Positions 1 to 13,560 of a DNA stretch of 64,000 bases are shown here, one piece after another. Position 1 is the stretch's first letter; each line of letters opens with the position of its first letter. Under the pieces are notes generated by a model. The model saw only the letters and a list, made by a program, of their open reading frames with translations. It searched no databases and was not told the origin of the DNA. This DNA is from Dicyema japonicum (taxonomy: Eukaryota > Animalia > Dicyemida): contig RDEW01000003.1 of the NCBI GenBank assembly GCA_011109175.1, positions 1,546,429-1,610,428 of the forward strand, given 5' to 3'. The translations under genes and the position numbers were made by a program.

Positions 1-179
1 TAGATTCAAAGATTCCACTGTCTATGGTCCCATGGCGCCGGAAGTGTGGAATAAACAGTATTCCATCTGGGTAATTGTACAGCAGTTAAACTATTTATAT
101 CGCAGTGTTACTTATTGGTAATGTTTATATTTATTAATAAATTTTTTAATGAAAACAATTTATTGATGATGTTATAACA

Positions 180-1451
180 CAGTGGTTCTTTTACCGCCTT
201 CCATTTTGAGATATCTCCGCACATACGAAAATTTCGAATATCATTTCATAATTAATTTATTTCGCTCGCTTCTCAATAAATAATCAAGTGAGCTGTATCC
301 TTTTTCAACAAGATATAAAGTTGGAAAGTACAAGATTATCTGAGAGATCGAATACACAATTTTGGAAACTATTCTTTAATTCTTCCAAAACTGATAAATT
401 GAGGTATTTTGAAGGTTAATTTCATAACATGTATTATTTTTAAGGTCTATTAATTCCTCCATCAATCAGAGTTTAAAATTTTGGAATTGAACTGATCAAT
501 CATCCACTGAGGAATATCAAAATTAATCCTGAAAACGAAAAAGAAGTTCAGCTTTGAGTGATTATAAGTGTGATGTACAAATTTCCTGATTCATATTCTC
601 TGCAACTTTTGTCAAATTCAGTGAAAAATTTTATTTTCTAGGAAATATTAATAATATAGGTCGATTTTATCCATAAAAAATCTATTATTTTAGCATTCAT
701 TAATACTTGATCTCTTTGTAACATCAAAGATACCTAAAAGTAGTCTTAATCTCTACTAACCTCATTAAGTTATAAATAAAACCCAACTCAATATTTAGTC
801 AATTCTTCGACGGATGGAATCATTGCTGACTGGAATTTTTCATGATTTCCTGATACCCACAACATTCGATAATATCAATTTCAGTAATGGAACAATCACC
901 GACTCTCCAATCGTATGGCAACAGTCTGTTTTCGCGACCAATTCAGATATTTTATAGGTTTTCAATCCCTCTAAAGCAGAGGTTTTCAGAAAATAATTCT
1001 CGAGGCACACTAATCGTAAAAAAATCCACGGGACACATGAAAAATAAAAAATTAAATTTTTTCGGACACGTAAAAATGAGGACAAAATTGGTAATTTATT
1101 GGGCAAATTTTTATTAATATAAAACAACAACAATAAATTAGAGAATGCGGCAAGAATTGTTAATTAAATTATGCTTCACTAAAAACAAATATAAATTAGA
1201 AAAAACATCAATAATGTCGGCTTGGTCAACTTTGGATGGTTGGCTGTGTTAATTTAATTATTGATTGTATTTCATAAAAATATATTTCCAGATACAACAA
1301 ACGAGACAGTTCTCCCCTAGTTTTGACAAAGTATTATTGCATATTAGGCAATGAGCTAAAAATCACACCGCCCAAACTTAGAATTCCACCGCCCAAAAGT
1401 AAAAATCCCAACGCTTAATTTGGGCGATATCGCTCAGGTTGAGAACCACAG
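180..1451 (-). mobile_element. Internally deleted hAT (Buster/Charlie-type) DNA transposon
   Basis: Ends CAGTGGTTCT (180) and AGAACCACAG (1451) are near-perfect TIRs. Flanking 8-bp TSD is TTATAACA/TTATAAAA, matching the nnnTAnnn pattern. Minus-strand peptide YKISELVAKTDCCHTIGESVIVP...KIPVSNDSIRRRID resembles Buster/ZBED5 transposases. Confidence 0.85.
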
Positions 1452-1460
1452 TTATAAAAA

Positions 1461-1490
1461 GTCTCCATTATGGCCTGCAGGCACTCAGTA
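1461..1490 (-). repeat. Dispersed short repeat (GTGCCTGCAGGCCATAATGG motif), copy 1
   Basis: Related to copies at 2368-2430 (-), 29346-29390 (+) and 41595-41680 (+). Confidence 0.65.
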
Positions 1491-1610
1491 ATAAATTTCC
1501 ATGAGAACCAATAAACAATTAATAGTATTAATAGCCACGGAAAGAGCTAATTGTTTTTGCTTTGAAAAATAGTCAAATAAATTTAAGTGTCACTCAAAAC
1601 ATTCATATCA

Positions 1611-1907
1611 TGGTGGCCCAGTGTAACGGGTGCCGGGAAAGAGGCCCGAAGGTCCCTATTTCGAATCCCGATGCTGTACATTTCGGTAGAAGGTTCCACG
1701 CATCTCGATCTCTGGCTTGACGAGTGACTCCTTCATCAGTGAACAGATCAGTACGGAACCGAATCGTCTATGTAGGACATACACCCAACAAAAAAAACAA
1801 AGTGAAGAGCATTCCTTGGTTCTCCTTCATCGATTAGTTATAATAACTGTTCTTTACTTAAAATGTGTTCTGCCTGAGCGGAGGTATAGCTAATATGGCA
1901 TCTTTAT
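1611..1907 (+). mobile_element. tRNA-derived SINE, full-length copy
   Basis: A-box TGGCCCAGTG, B-box-like TTCGAATCCC, and shared core GAAGGTTCCACGCATC...TTGACGAGTGAC..CGTCATCAGTG. Decayed 13-bp TSD AACATTCATATCA (1598-1610) / AACATTTATATGA (1908-1920). Confidence 0.8.
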
Positions 1908-1989
1908 AACATTTATATGACAGGTTTGACAAATGATTGACTGGTTAATCTTGCTTGTGATTTTATGAGTGTTGACTTTTCATTTTGTG

Positions 1990-2160
1990 ACATTGTTGTG
2001 CGAGTCCTTTTGTAGACGCTCCGGTTCTGCAGTGAGATATTCACTGATGACGGACTCACTCGTCAAGGCAAAGCATCGAGATGCGTGGAACCTTCAGCCG
2101 GAATGTACAGCAGCGAGCCATCAGGCTTTTTCTCAACACTAGTTACACTGCACCACCAGG
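1990..2160 (-). mobile_element. tRNA-derived SINE, short form (head plus core)
   Basis: Reverse-complement match to the head and core of the 1611 copy; diverges after the A-rich tract. Confidence 0.8.
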
Positions 2161-2367
2161 CCAGGATTATCTGTAAATTTTAAACAAAAATCAATTGACT
2201 TTTTTTCGCAAATTAAATTAAGCTTTTGTTCTCACCTTAAAAGTGAAAAATAAAACTATGAAAAATAATCAAGGGCATGAAAATAAACAAAATAAGCCAA
2301 TAAAATTTATAATTCACTCAATATTCACTAAAATGGTAAATAGGTTCAATAAACAATAAATAGTCAA

Positions 2368-2430
2368 AGGACTCCATTATGACTTACAGGGACTGAGTAG
2401 CGAATGAAAGTTACCTCTCATGATCCCAAG
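2368..2430 (-). repeat. Dispersed short repeat, copy 2
   Basis: Reverse complement ATCATGAGAGGTAACT...CAGTCCCTGTAAGTCATAATGG aligns with 41595-41650. Confidence 0.6.
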
Positions 2431-2636
2431 CCCAATGTGTTGGAGCTATCGTGTCATTGAAAGCTCTCCTTTCCACATTGCTGCAAGGCGCCCGATTACC
2501 CTGATAAACTCAGACGTTCTGGGGGAAGCAAGTCAGAATTAAAATAATCCTAATCTCAAATTACCTAAAATTACCACAAAACTTAGTTTAATTAAATCAA
2601 AAGCAAATTTTAATCTATACAAGAAAAAACTTAAGA

Positions 2637-5600
2637 TTAGACATCATCAGCAACCACGGGGGCATACATACTAGAACGAGCACGCACTACAGAAGCAACA
2701 GACAGTTTCTCAATACACTCACTTCTACTCAGTTTTGTGACATCCTCTCCATCAATCTGAATAACTTCATCTCCAACCTAAAAAAGGACATGACTGACAA
2801 CCTTAATTTGTGAATGACTGGCCACACTCCCCTGGACAAGATATCTTATTATGTGAGGTGCAGTATTACGACCTCCCTGAAGGACAATACCACAGTGGCC
2901 TTCGTCACCGTCAAAGTTGACATCATATATTCCACTCCCCTTTACTGAATTGAAGGTTTTTAAAGTGGACACAGGGAGAGATAAAGAGAAGGTTCTATTC
3001 TTCATCTTCCTCACAAGTAAATATAACTTATTTGACTCATTTCCCCTCAGTTTAAGAGCAATGTCATGTCTTGTCAGTAATTTACAGTCAACACCATCAA
3101 TAGCAAGCACTTCCACTCCATAGGGGACTCCTGCACGGGAAGCGGGGGAGAATTTCCCAACATTAACTATAATTAGACACCATTAGTACCAATTGTAGGA
3201 TATGAGTATCCACCTCCTATTATTGACAAACCAAAGGGGACTGTCAGTTTATCTCTCTCAACAAAATAAGCATAACAATCCTCATGCTTTAAATCATGAA
3301 TTTCTAGATTTTATAAGAATCATTACTGAATTCGTGTCTCAGAACTGATAGTGTTAAGGGAGAACTGGGGACTGTGGGAATACCCTCGACGGGACACTCA
3401 TTGACGGCGACAACGTAGAACAGAAAGTTGCGGAGAAAGGAGTTATAGAGGTGACAATGTTCCCTTCCACGAAGACTGTATAATTACAAACCATGTAATA
3501 CCAATAGCAGGATAATTTGTAATAGTAGGGGCAACCATGTGGATTCCAATGTCCCTGAATGTGAGTCCTGGCCTAAAATCAGCTCCAATCAGTTCAAATT
3601 GAGTATCAAAAACCAGATCAGATGAAAACGAGCATCTCTGCAAAGTATCTACATATAATAATGAGGATGACTTTTAAAGGCGATGGTCATCACCAATGAC
3701 AGATCAGGGATGGTTTCGAGTATGGATCGGATGATTCCTTCTGAAAGTCCACCAAGGCCAATCCCGTTAATACCGACAACAATCAGCCCCAATCTAACAA
3801 ACGGAGATTGGGCTGATGGGGAGTCATTCTCCAAACGAGCTGTGGTCAGTTACGTGACATACTTATGACTGGATGACATTTATCGAAGGTAAAAGAGAGG
3901 CCGATCCCAAAGGGAACCTTCTTGCTGAGTCTCCTGATTGTACAAACTCTCTTAGGTCCGTCGTACTCTAATTATGATAGTCAATGGAATACGAATTGGG
4001 TTTCTAATAAGATAGGATAGCCCACGTGCAATTTGTAGTTTCGTGCAACACATCGGCTTAAGTGCTCTAATAGTTTTGAGAGAATCCTCGAAATTCATAT
4101 TATGAAGACTGCGTCCCCCAATCGCCACAATAAGATCTCCAGGCTTAATATCCGCAGCCACTTCGGCGACACACTCGTGGACGAGGAGCAAAGAATGAAG
4201 AGATTTTACTCCATCGCAGGCAGATACACGAATTCCTATTCCATCTGATCCCTTGGTCACAATTCTGTCGAGCACAGTGAACTGGTTGGGGGGCACAGAA
4301 ATTCCTCTAGTAGACTGAAAATGGTCGATGACTTGATCTATCGAAATACAAACAAGCACAGACCACATGTCACGACCTCTTCAACTTCTTTACCCAAAGT
4401 GGAACTAGGATATGAACAGAAACCCACCTTTTGGATGACCTCCATGAGAACATAGTACGAGTCATTGTACTGCTAGAATATTTGGGGGAGATTGTGGAGG
4501 ATTCAACTTCAGATTCTGCAATGAATTCAATGAATGTACTGATTTTGATTAAGAAATGAATCTCAAGTTTTTTAAAGTCCCTCATATAAGCAGAGATCAG
4601 ACCAGTCGATAAATAAGGGAGAAATATTCCATTCATAGATATTATTTTGGCATTGTTGGGGTGATCAGGGTCGGAAGAGATCAGTTTGGGCAACTTCCCA
4701 TAGCTGGATGTTTCGATTTTTACCGCAAAGGGCTGATCAATTGACGTCCTATGAATGACACAATCCGTGAAGGCGAGATAAGACTTTAAAGATTCTACAA
4801 TGGGACAAAAAAGAACTTGGCAACTCTCTTCTTATTAGATGAGCCAGACCACGTGCAAAGTTAAAGACGATCGAAGTGTCGGCCATTAGACGAACGAAAC
4901 GTAGGATTTTCTGAGTATCGTCAACCTCCATAGTCGACCTCCCTCCAATTCCGACCAGAACATCCCCTAAAAAGTAACAATAGAGTCAAACCAATTTCTA
5001 CATCACAGCTGGAGTACACATCATCAACAATCCAGAGGGGATTTGGTATTTCGTCCAGTTTTGTGAAAGAGAAAGGCAATTTAGAGGTCACTAATTTTAA
5101 TGACTTTATCTCATAATCAAAGTTAATAGTCGTCCCACGTGTCCTCAAAAGGTATTCATTTACGTCATCTAAGGTTATTTTCTCCTATACTTTTCGTAGG
5201 AGTAACGAACTGGGGCCTCCTCTTCGTCTTAACTGAGAACACAGTACTAAACATTAAGGACACATCAACTCTTCATATAGTGCACGTGCATCACATCTCC
5301 AACCAACAGGTAAGTACATCCCATCTACAATCATCCCCGAGATAACCAGAAGCAAAGCTGACGAGAGTGAATCCCCTTACAATGAGAAGGGAGAGAGAGG
5401 GGAGCCTTTTATATTCAGTAAACAGACTATGGAGCTTACTGTCCTTCAGCCAAAGCATTGAGTTGCCGTTCATAGAGACAATAATATCGTCTAAATGACT
5501 GACATGGGATACTCAGCTGCAGGGGATCAGAAGGTTTTTCTACTACGATTATGGAGCACTTCCCGATCCCATACAGTCCAAAGATTCCAAGTTGAAAACT

Positions 5601-6630
5601 CGACCTTTCGATGTCATTCAGTTTAAGAATCTCAAACTCCTCAGCCCCCACCACGAGGGAGTGACACCACCAAAAGTAGTCGCAGACCTCTCGTTTCGTC
5701 ACTAAATGACTCGGCAAATGATCAAAGCTTGATGTCGACACTGATTGAACAAAAAAGATAAACTTTCTGTGACCTCGCTGGCTAATGATTCATTAAAATG
5801 TTCCCGCCACGTGGTTGGATTTTGCAAAGCTGTAATTTTATAAGGTCAAAAACCTGAAGGACGACTCCACTGAGTTGTCCGTGGTTGTAATATCTCCACT
5901 TTTACCGTTCATTTTGAAGAAGCAGCGACCTTTGGGAGGAATTGGGGTCCCATAGTAGACTCCTATCACATAACCCCGAAGGACAACCATTATAAAGTCC
6001 CCACTCCAATAAGACTTCGTTATTTAGTAGCTTTAAAAACTTCTTTTTGGAGACAAAATGAAAATCATCGTGATTTCGCTCGTGAGGTTTCCGTTTTCTG
6101 GTTGTGTCTAAGAGTTATAGGAGTCAGTACAGGGGGTGGTCCTGTAGTACAGATTGGACCTGACAATAGTCTGCAGATAGCACAAATAGGACGTGGACTT
6201 GAAATCCTGCTTCAAAAACCATGAAATCCCAGAGAGATTGCTAGCTAGGAGTCATTACAAACATTACAATCCTTGATGAGAACGATATTGGTTTCCTCTG
6301 AGGAGGACAAAATGAAGTCCGCATCATCCCATGTACAACCAGCTATTGAGTGACCGTTGATATTAGTAACAATCTCTCCACATACCAAAGGACCTTCACT
6401 TTTCGAGATCCTGATAAAATCCCCCGAGTCAGAGCCACCGCCAAGAGTAACCAGACTGCGAGATACATTAAAATTCCTTATCATTGAGTTTTTGTCTGGA
6501 GATAATCACCGATATTACCTTCAGTCGGACACATCGAGTCTGACGAACCCCCGGTTTCGCAGGATTCAGGTGCGGCCTTATTGGTAGATTCGAGTAAAGA
6601 AAATCCGTTGCACATAAAAGCTTCCATTAC
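2637..6630 (-). CDS. MAGI: MAGI-like inverted MAGUK (PDZ0, guanylate-kinase domain, multiple PDZ); multi-exon, start approximate
   Basis: N-terminal PDZ (VTLGGGSDSGDF...VTNING), GuK segment TTRKRKPHERNHDDFHFVSKKKFLKLLNNEVLLEWGLYNGVYYGTP, and several PDZ domains (GIGIRVS...DIKPGDLIVAIGG; GIVLQGG...VGDEVIQIDG). Stop at 2637-2639. Confidence 0.85.
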
Positions 6631-6947
6631 TAAAGTAATCGATTAATTCATTGCATGCTAATAAATATGGTAATGTTTTTATCGCTTAAGGGTTTAATTA
6701 GCAAAATTAGATTCGCGGTGAAAAAAACAATAACCGATAATTTATGAAAGATAAACGAATATTGACTAATTGAAAAAGCAATAATCGAGAAATAATATAT
6801 TAAAATCCGGGTTAACCAACGAAAAAGTAATGAAAGTGTATTTTTTTAGTAATTATTTATAAATATTTAAAATTTAAAACTGTCTAATTTTAAATTTTAA
6901 ATATTAATTAAAACTTTAAATAAAAACCAAGTAACAAAAATCGTCGA

Positions 6948-9611
6948 ATGTCGAAAAATCAGGAAATTGAAGCAAAAAACTTACAAACAAAAAGTCTGAT
7001 TAAATTTTATCCTCAGAACGACGGAGAAGGACTGCTAGCAAAGTGAATATCTACGCTGGCAAAATATTAGGGATTAATGTTCACAAATGTGAGCGTCTTC
7101 AAATTGACGTAAATATCAGACGTCCATTTGTCCGTGTTTCCGTTGTTGATCAAATCACGGGAAAATACTTGGAGAAGACAAACTGGTAGGCGTTTCTGTG
7201 TATTTGAGTAAAATCCCCGCCACGAGTTATTATGAAGAATATCGGCGGAAATGTTACCGCTATTCTGCCAGTAATTACTCCCCCTTTCGATTTGGAGCAA
7301 CGGAGGTAGTTGTAAATGTTTATCCTGATCACTTATTCCCACATGGGAGGACACAATACTGATTAATCAGACGGTCGACCATTTTATAAGAGAGAATTCC
7401 CAAGTCATCCTATTTTTCGAGGTTTTTCTTTCTCTCATTTTAGATTCTCGACACACTCAATTCAGCACGTGCGCAACCAAACCGTGGGAGAATTTACAGG
7501 GTGGCCTGGGCTTTTTTGAAGGTTAGAATTATCTCTAATCTAAGCTTCGAGGGAAAAACGATAGCATCAACATAAACTCCAAGTTCCGACTCCAGTTGAA
7601 CTACTATCCCCAAAATATTTACGTTCCGGAGACACAATTGGAGGTTTTGCTATTTTTCCTAAAAGATCTTCCACATTTTTAATCATCCAAAGAGAATAGC
7701 TTATCCATCAACGTTGTACGTGTCTGTGAAATCTCTCGACACCCCAGAAGACATGGAGACTGCGCTTCGATCAACAAATCCCTTCCAACGGGAGACAACG
7801 AAAAACAATTTTATTACGATGATGGCCAACCTGAAGACCAAATACAAGCAGGAGAGAGAGTTTACTCGGATTTTTAGTTTAGTAAAATTGAGAGTATGAA
7901 AACCGAGTTTTCTCCGTGGAGGAGATGTCCAAAAGAAACGTGCAAAGTCCCAAACTCTATCCACCAGATTTTGTCCCCGGACTTGTGGGATGTTCAGTCG
8001 CCAAGTTCTCTCCGGATGGGAGGTTTCGATTCCTTAATATTGTGAAGACGAATTGCATGTTCTTGTATAGTCTCATCCGACAAGACCTCTTCCATAAAAA
8101 TATATGATGTCCCCTCTTTTAAACTTCTTTTGGATTTTATAGTCCACTTTAATCTGATTCATGACCTATGCTGGTCCCCTTCTGGGCATTTTTTGTGTTC
8201 GGCATCTTCAGATTGCTCGTCAAAGTTGATTTTCTCTCTTACACGAAGAATTTGGATTGCTGACTCGGGGACTGAGGTTTGTTCCTTTTCCCATGCCACA
8301 TTTGTGTACTCAATCGTCTTCATAGCCCACGCCTCTGAGAAATATGTGGTCACTGGGGATTCGATCGATTCCTCTACCTTTGGGATATTGAAAACGGAAA
8401 TGTTGGATTCTATCAATAATTTCTAGCAACTCGCCTCCCTGGCCAGACATAACGGATATATCAACTCAATTTGCCAGAGTAACACAAACGGAGAAATATA
8501 TTTATATTCCGGGGACAGTTCTGGGGGACTAATTGAGTGGAGATTTCGGCCAAGTGAAAGAAAAAAGTTGATATTCTCCCGTTTCATTATAAACGAGGAG
8601 TTGCACTCTAATACTATAAATTCTCTCTCAATATTAGACGGAAATGCCTTGAACGGTAAAATAATAGTTCACACATGTGATGACTTTATTAGAATGGTTG
8701 ACCTTAGAAAGTATGTGATCGTTTCTAGTAAAGTAACTCTGTAGTACAGAAATTCATCGGGAATATAAACTCCAATGAAAAACTCAACAGTATAATCTCT
8801 CCATGTGGAAATCTTCTTTTGGCGGGCTCAGAGAATGGGACCGTATCAGTGTGGAATATTAAAACAGGTAAGTCCTCTACTCAACTAAGGCGAAATGATG
8901 TGCACTATAAGATCTGCCAGTATTGGGAGATCAGCTGTGAACATTGACTATCATCCTCAGGACAACATGATGTCCATTTGCTGCAGAAGTGAGGAGTGTC
9001 CCTTACAAATTCTGGTCTTCAAAAGACAGATCGAGCAGGAAATTCCCGAAAGACCATCGAGGGACCTGACAGAAAACACGTCTCAAACAACAGAGTTACC
9101 CCGTCCTTCCATAGAACACAACTACAATCACCAAGCACGACAGCTAAGGCGACTCAAAGAAATTGATGGAAAGTTAGCTTCGGTGACCGAAGTGAGTCCC
9201 TAATAATGCCTTAGAATCAGCAAATAGTCCAAGAGACTAAAGCCGAACCTCACACAATGTCCCCCATCGACTCACTATTAACGATCTACTCTTAGAGTCC
9301 ACCAAACTAAAACGATTGACTAAAGCTGAAAGCACAGGTAAAATAGCACCAAACACCTTAGGGTCCATCACAACTGTGCTGAAAATCAACAAAGAGGGGT
9401 CAACATCAAAGTACACGATAGAAACAAAGGGGGACCCGGCCTCAAGACAGCAGTAGCAATATGCGACTACGTTGGACAGAGATCTGACGAAATAAGCTTC
9501 GAGAAGGGGCAGACTATAGCAGTCTTACACAAGGACACATGTGTATGGTGGTTGGGGAGACTGGAGGATGGATCAGAGGGATACTTTCCATCATACTACA
9601 TAACAGAATAA
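6948..9611 (+). CDS. AHI1: Jouberin / AHI1 (ciliary transition zone; WD40 plus C-terminal SH3); multi-exon
   Basis: YPSTLYVSVKSL, WRRCPKETCKVPN, HFNLIHDLCWSPSGHFLCSASSD, and SH3 AICDYVGQRSDEISFEKGQTIAVLHKDTCVWWLG..EGYFP ending at TAA 9609-9611. Confidence 0.9.
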
Positions 9612-9668
9612 ATAGCACAATATTATTAGTCATAAGACAATATATAAAGCATCATTTGTGTTGTATAT

Positions 9669-10393
9669 TTAATAATTACGGTCGTCCCCCTCCTGTGAAT
9701 CTCCTTTATAATTACATAATGATTCGATTGGAGGATTAGGTAATCCTACTGAATCATCCATAACAGGTGGAAAGTCGCTCAACTGAGGAGAATTCTCACT
9801 CGTGCAGAGAGCATCTAGCACCGCGTGAGTTGGGTCATAGGTAGTTTCTTGGTGTCCAGGGTAGCTGTGTGACATAGCCTTTGGGGGAATGGAGAAAGAG
9901 TATCGGGGTCTCATAGTAGGTTCACTCACGTGACTGATATTATCGGGTATTGTGGGCCTGGATAAATATTGCATGTTGGGCTCCATTCCTGGATTTATGG
10001 GAGTTCTAAAATGTTCCTGACTTGGGGGACGGGGAGTGTATGCATAATAACGCTTTTGGGGTATTGGGGGTGAACTAGTCTCTGTAGGGTATAATTCTGA
10101 ACGTCAAACTGATGTGCCTGCATTGGCTGAGCGTAGTTATGCCGTGGGCAACTGGGATACCGGTGGACTAATCGAGGCTGGGCGTATTGGAGACGGGAAA
10201 AGTAAATGGTATTTTGGTGGAACGTCCGACTTTGATTGATAACATTATAATCAAAGCACGTGTCATCAACGTATATACACCGTAGTCCAGTTTGTAGAAG
10301 GGAGTTTGGAATGTTGATAAGTTTGTTGGTGTCGATTTTCGGAGCAACAAAGTTAATATTTGCTGGAAAGGGTGGATGATCGTGTTTTCTCAT
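9669..10393 (-). CDS. Unidentified Pro/Gln/His-rich protein, probably spliced
   Basis: Two adjacent ORFs (132 and 105 aa) with gene-like composition; no family recognised. Confidence 0.45.
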
Positions 10394-10559
10394 GAGTCAT
10401 TTGTAAAACATAAAACTATCGTTAATAACACCACCTCACCTTTTTTTGAATAATCACTATTAAGGTAATAATCATAATTTTATTGCTAATTTATTTTAGT
10501 GATATTATATTCCTTTTTCTTTATAAGTAAATAAATTCATTTCACCTTAGTCTTCTTAA

Positions 10560-11920
10560 TTAGTTAACGGTTCCTCCAATAGTAAATCATCTCTTCAATC
10601 CTTCTTCATAACAAAAACCTGCCATAATTCGACTGATATTCATCTCCCCTTATTTCCGTAATCCAAAATGATGGTTATCGATTCTGCAAGGAACAGTTTT
10701 AGCAATTAGAGACAGAGGTCCCAGTTCCCTAATGGTCTCTTCGGCGTCATGAGCTAAGAGGACTGCGACACGCTTCAGAAGGAAGCAGAAAAAATGAGGT
10801 CACTTATTATTCATCTGCAGTCCTCTAGATAAAAGAATAAAAGTACCTTAATCTGACTGAAATCAATATGTCTCGAAATTATTGGAATTCATATTCCCAA
10901 TCATCCTTAAATCCTTCTAATTAAGCGACCATGTCTCCGAGGAACCCCATTCCTGAAAAAGTATCCATCGATTTCTTCTCAAACACAAGGAGAAACATTC
11001 GACGAACAAGTAAAAATGTTGCAAAAGTGAAAAGGCCTGATGGGAGTCGATTAATCAGTTGATTAAGCTTTCCTCCAATTTCTGATTCCATAGCAATTTA
11101 TCCCCCAATCATCCATCTGTGATACTCTCCCAATGTCATATAACTCAAGTCTTCATCATGTCACTACAATAATAACCCAAAGTTTGACTGAAATCGATAA
11201 TAGTTTGATCGTCAAATAACTGAAATCGATGAGTTGTCTTGATTACCCTCCATCTCGTAGTTCCAGTAAATCACATGCATCAGATAAGGTCACATCGTTT
11301 AATACTACAACGATAAGCACAGTGACCAAGAATGACTCAAGGTAAGCCATATCCCTCCAAATTCCGTCATCCACCACAAATAAAGCGCAAAACGACGAAA
11401 ACACTACCACTTTTATTGAAAAGCGACGAATTGATGTTTTATTCAATAATCGTATAGCTGCGTAAAATGCGCTAACCATGTCAATAAATCGTTATAATTT
11501 CAGTGTGGTTAGGCAGATTATGCTACTTTTCAGCCATCACAGGGGAATGGTTCGGGAGGCAATACAGGGGGTGTGAGATCGCGACTTTACGATATTGAAC
11601 GAATGTCTAAATTTGATTTTAGGCTACACGCGAAGAAATCGGAAATCCAAGATTCTCCAGGAAATGTAAGTGAACTTTTATAGGAAATCCAAAGTGATTA
11701 TATTCTTATACAAATATTATTATTGGCATTTACACTACGTCATAGCTCGTGACAAAGCACGTGCAACATCGAAATTCAATTTAATAGGTAGCTTCTCCCA
11801 TTTTTGGCGACTCTTTGCCATGACCTCCCCGTCCCTAGGGCATATCCCTATTTCTTTAAGATCTTCATGGTTGGTAGTGTTGTCATGCGGAGCGTCCATA
11901 ACAAAGTAGTCCTCCATGGC
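10560..11920 (-). CDS. Unidentified multi-exon protein-coding gene
   Basis: Series of open segments broken by short GT-AG introns (MEDYFVMDAPH..., AFYAAIRLLNK..., KRVAVLLAHDAEETIRELG...). Family not recognised; boundaries approximate. Confidence 0.5.
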
Positions 11921-12349
11921 TACGTTCGCAGGGGGACCAAGGTCCAGATGAAGTAAATGTCCAAACAACCTTCATCTTGCCTCCATGATCTCCCTGACAT
12001 TTAACTTCTAAGAGAACTAGCCGTGAATTCCGCGTTTACCAGACATAGTTTCAAGAGCCACGTTACCTACTCAACCGACTTTAAAATTTTAAAAAATTTA
12101 ATGTGCTGTTATGTACTGATTTTATGTTAAAGATCATAATTTAAAAGATCGATTAAAGTAATGTTAATGTTATAGCAGATTAGACAGCCGGTAGTTAAAC
12201 CACAACATGTGAGAATCTATGTCCTCAGTGAACCTTAAGAGTTCCTAACAAGGCAATTGAGAGGGCCATAACGACTAGTAACTTTGACAAAATAAGTACC
12301 GTGAGGCTATATTAACGGATTTTACAGTGTAGAGTATGAAATTTTCTGT

Positions 12350-12780
12350 GATATGAGTAGATTGACGAACGGATGGGAGTCGAGGAAGATTAAAACTGGG
12401 TGTTCCTCGCATCAAAATCGTGAGCTGTCGAAGGTGAAGGAAATATTGAATGACCATATACTTGAGAATGCCAAAGTAGCCCTTGAAAATCGTAGAATGA
12501 TGGGAAAGGCGCCTTATTCTACCTGCATTAACGGGATTATTGATCAAACTTTGAAATCTGAGGCCCGTATAATATGAATCGGATCTCCCTTATTCTTTAT
12601 AGCGACCAGGAAGTGACCTTTAAAACAAGCCAGGTGGCAAACGAACATTATGGCCAAGTTGGAGGTCCGTAACTCTAAGCTCAAAGCCCCAGTAGAGCAC
12701 ATTTTAAATGTGAGACGTGGGGTCAAAGGGAAAGCATCGGCTTTGGTAAGTCGGGTGAATCGATTAGCCTCAACTAACTC
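12350..12780 (+). mobile_element. Possible decayed REL-type (R2/NeSL-like) retrotransposon C-terminal fragment
   Basis: VEHILNVRRGVKG resembles the post-zinc-knuckle region; heavily degraded. Confidence 0.25.
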
Positions 12781-13129
12781 AGTAGAGTGAAGTCTAAGGT
12801 AGATTGTTTAACCAGGACCACCATTAACTGCTTTTTAAAAAAGATAAGTGGTTTGACGGAAATCATTTTATATTCATTGGTGATATAGCGTCGTGTCACA
12901 GCCAGGTGAGCTTGTTTACATGGGTCACTAAGCAGTTCATAAAAGAACTATGCCAGATTTGTTACTAATCATCCAGTATGTGGTGATTTACTACCATTGT
13001 TGTGGGAATACTATGTATATATTCACCTTTCTATCTGCAACCGACAGTGCAAGATTAACCCAACCTAACAAACTTTTGGTTATTAACTAGGACGCGGACC
13101 CGTAGATCGACGTGGCAGATGAGTTTCGT

Positions 13130-13560
13130 ATAAGTTCTGGACATTCGCAAATGTGAATTCGCTGTCAACTCGGAGAGCTTGCAAAATAACAGAGGAAATC
13201 TAATTTATATTTGTATGCTGGTAAAGAGGAGTGGTGCCTACAGCTTAGACGATCCAGGTTTATTCCGATGCCTCTCTGAAGAGATGATTCTGATTGGCCG
13301 AGTGGAGAAGAATCATGCAAAGGAATGAACTTGTAGATAAGGGTAAGCACATCGCCGACAATGGGAACAATTAAGTAGTTATTGAACTTAGGAAGGATGG
13401 ATTTTGAAGAGATTGTTTTTATAAGAGGGGGATATCAATTTTGGGTAGCAAGAAAAGCAATAAATTCAATGTATCAACTAAGGCCTTTTATGTTAAATTG
13501 AGAGATGTTCAGGAATTTTTTAGGTAAGATGTCCCCTGCGAGGGTTAGGAGGTACCAATA
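13130..13560 (-). mobile_element. Decayed LINE APE endonuclease fragment
   Basis: LNISQFNIKGL... resembles the N-terminal WNxxGL motif of APE; contains stops. Confidence 0.45.

Noticed and set aside
887-1117. Many listed ORFs antisense to real genes or TEs (e.g. 887-1117, 20832-21062, 30501-31022, 53055-53279)
   Set aside because: Shadow ORFs opposite identified coding sequence.
1611-1680. SINE heads (also 26433) as genuine tRNA genes
   Set aside because: No complete cloverleaf or acceptor stem, and each is followed by repeat-family body sequence.
2041-2075. CTGATGA on the antisense strand of the SINE core as a hammerhead ribozyme
   Set aside because: No GAAA follows the stem (GTCAAG instead) in any copy; better explained as the complement of the core hairpin.
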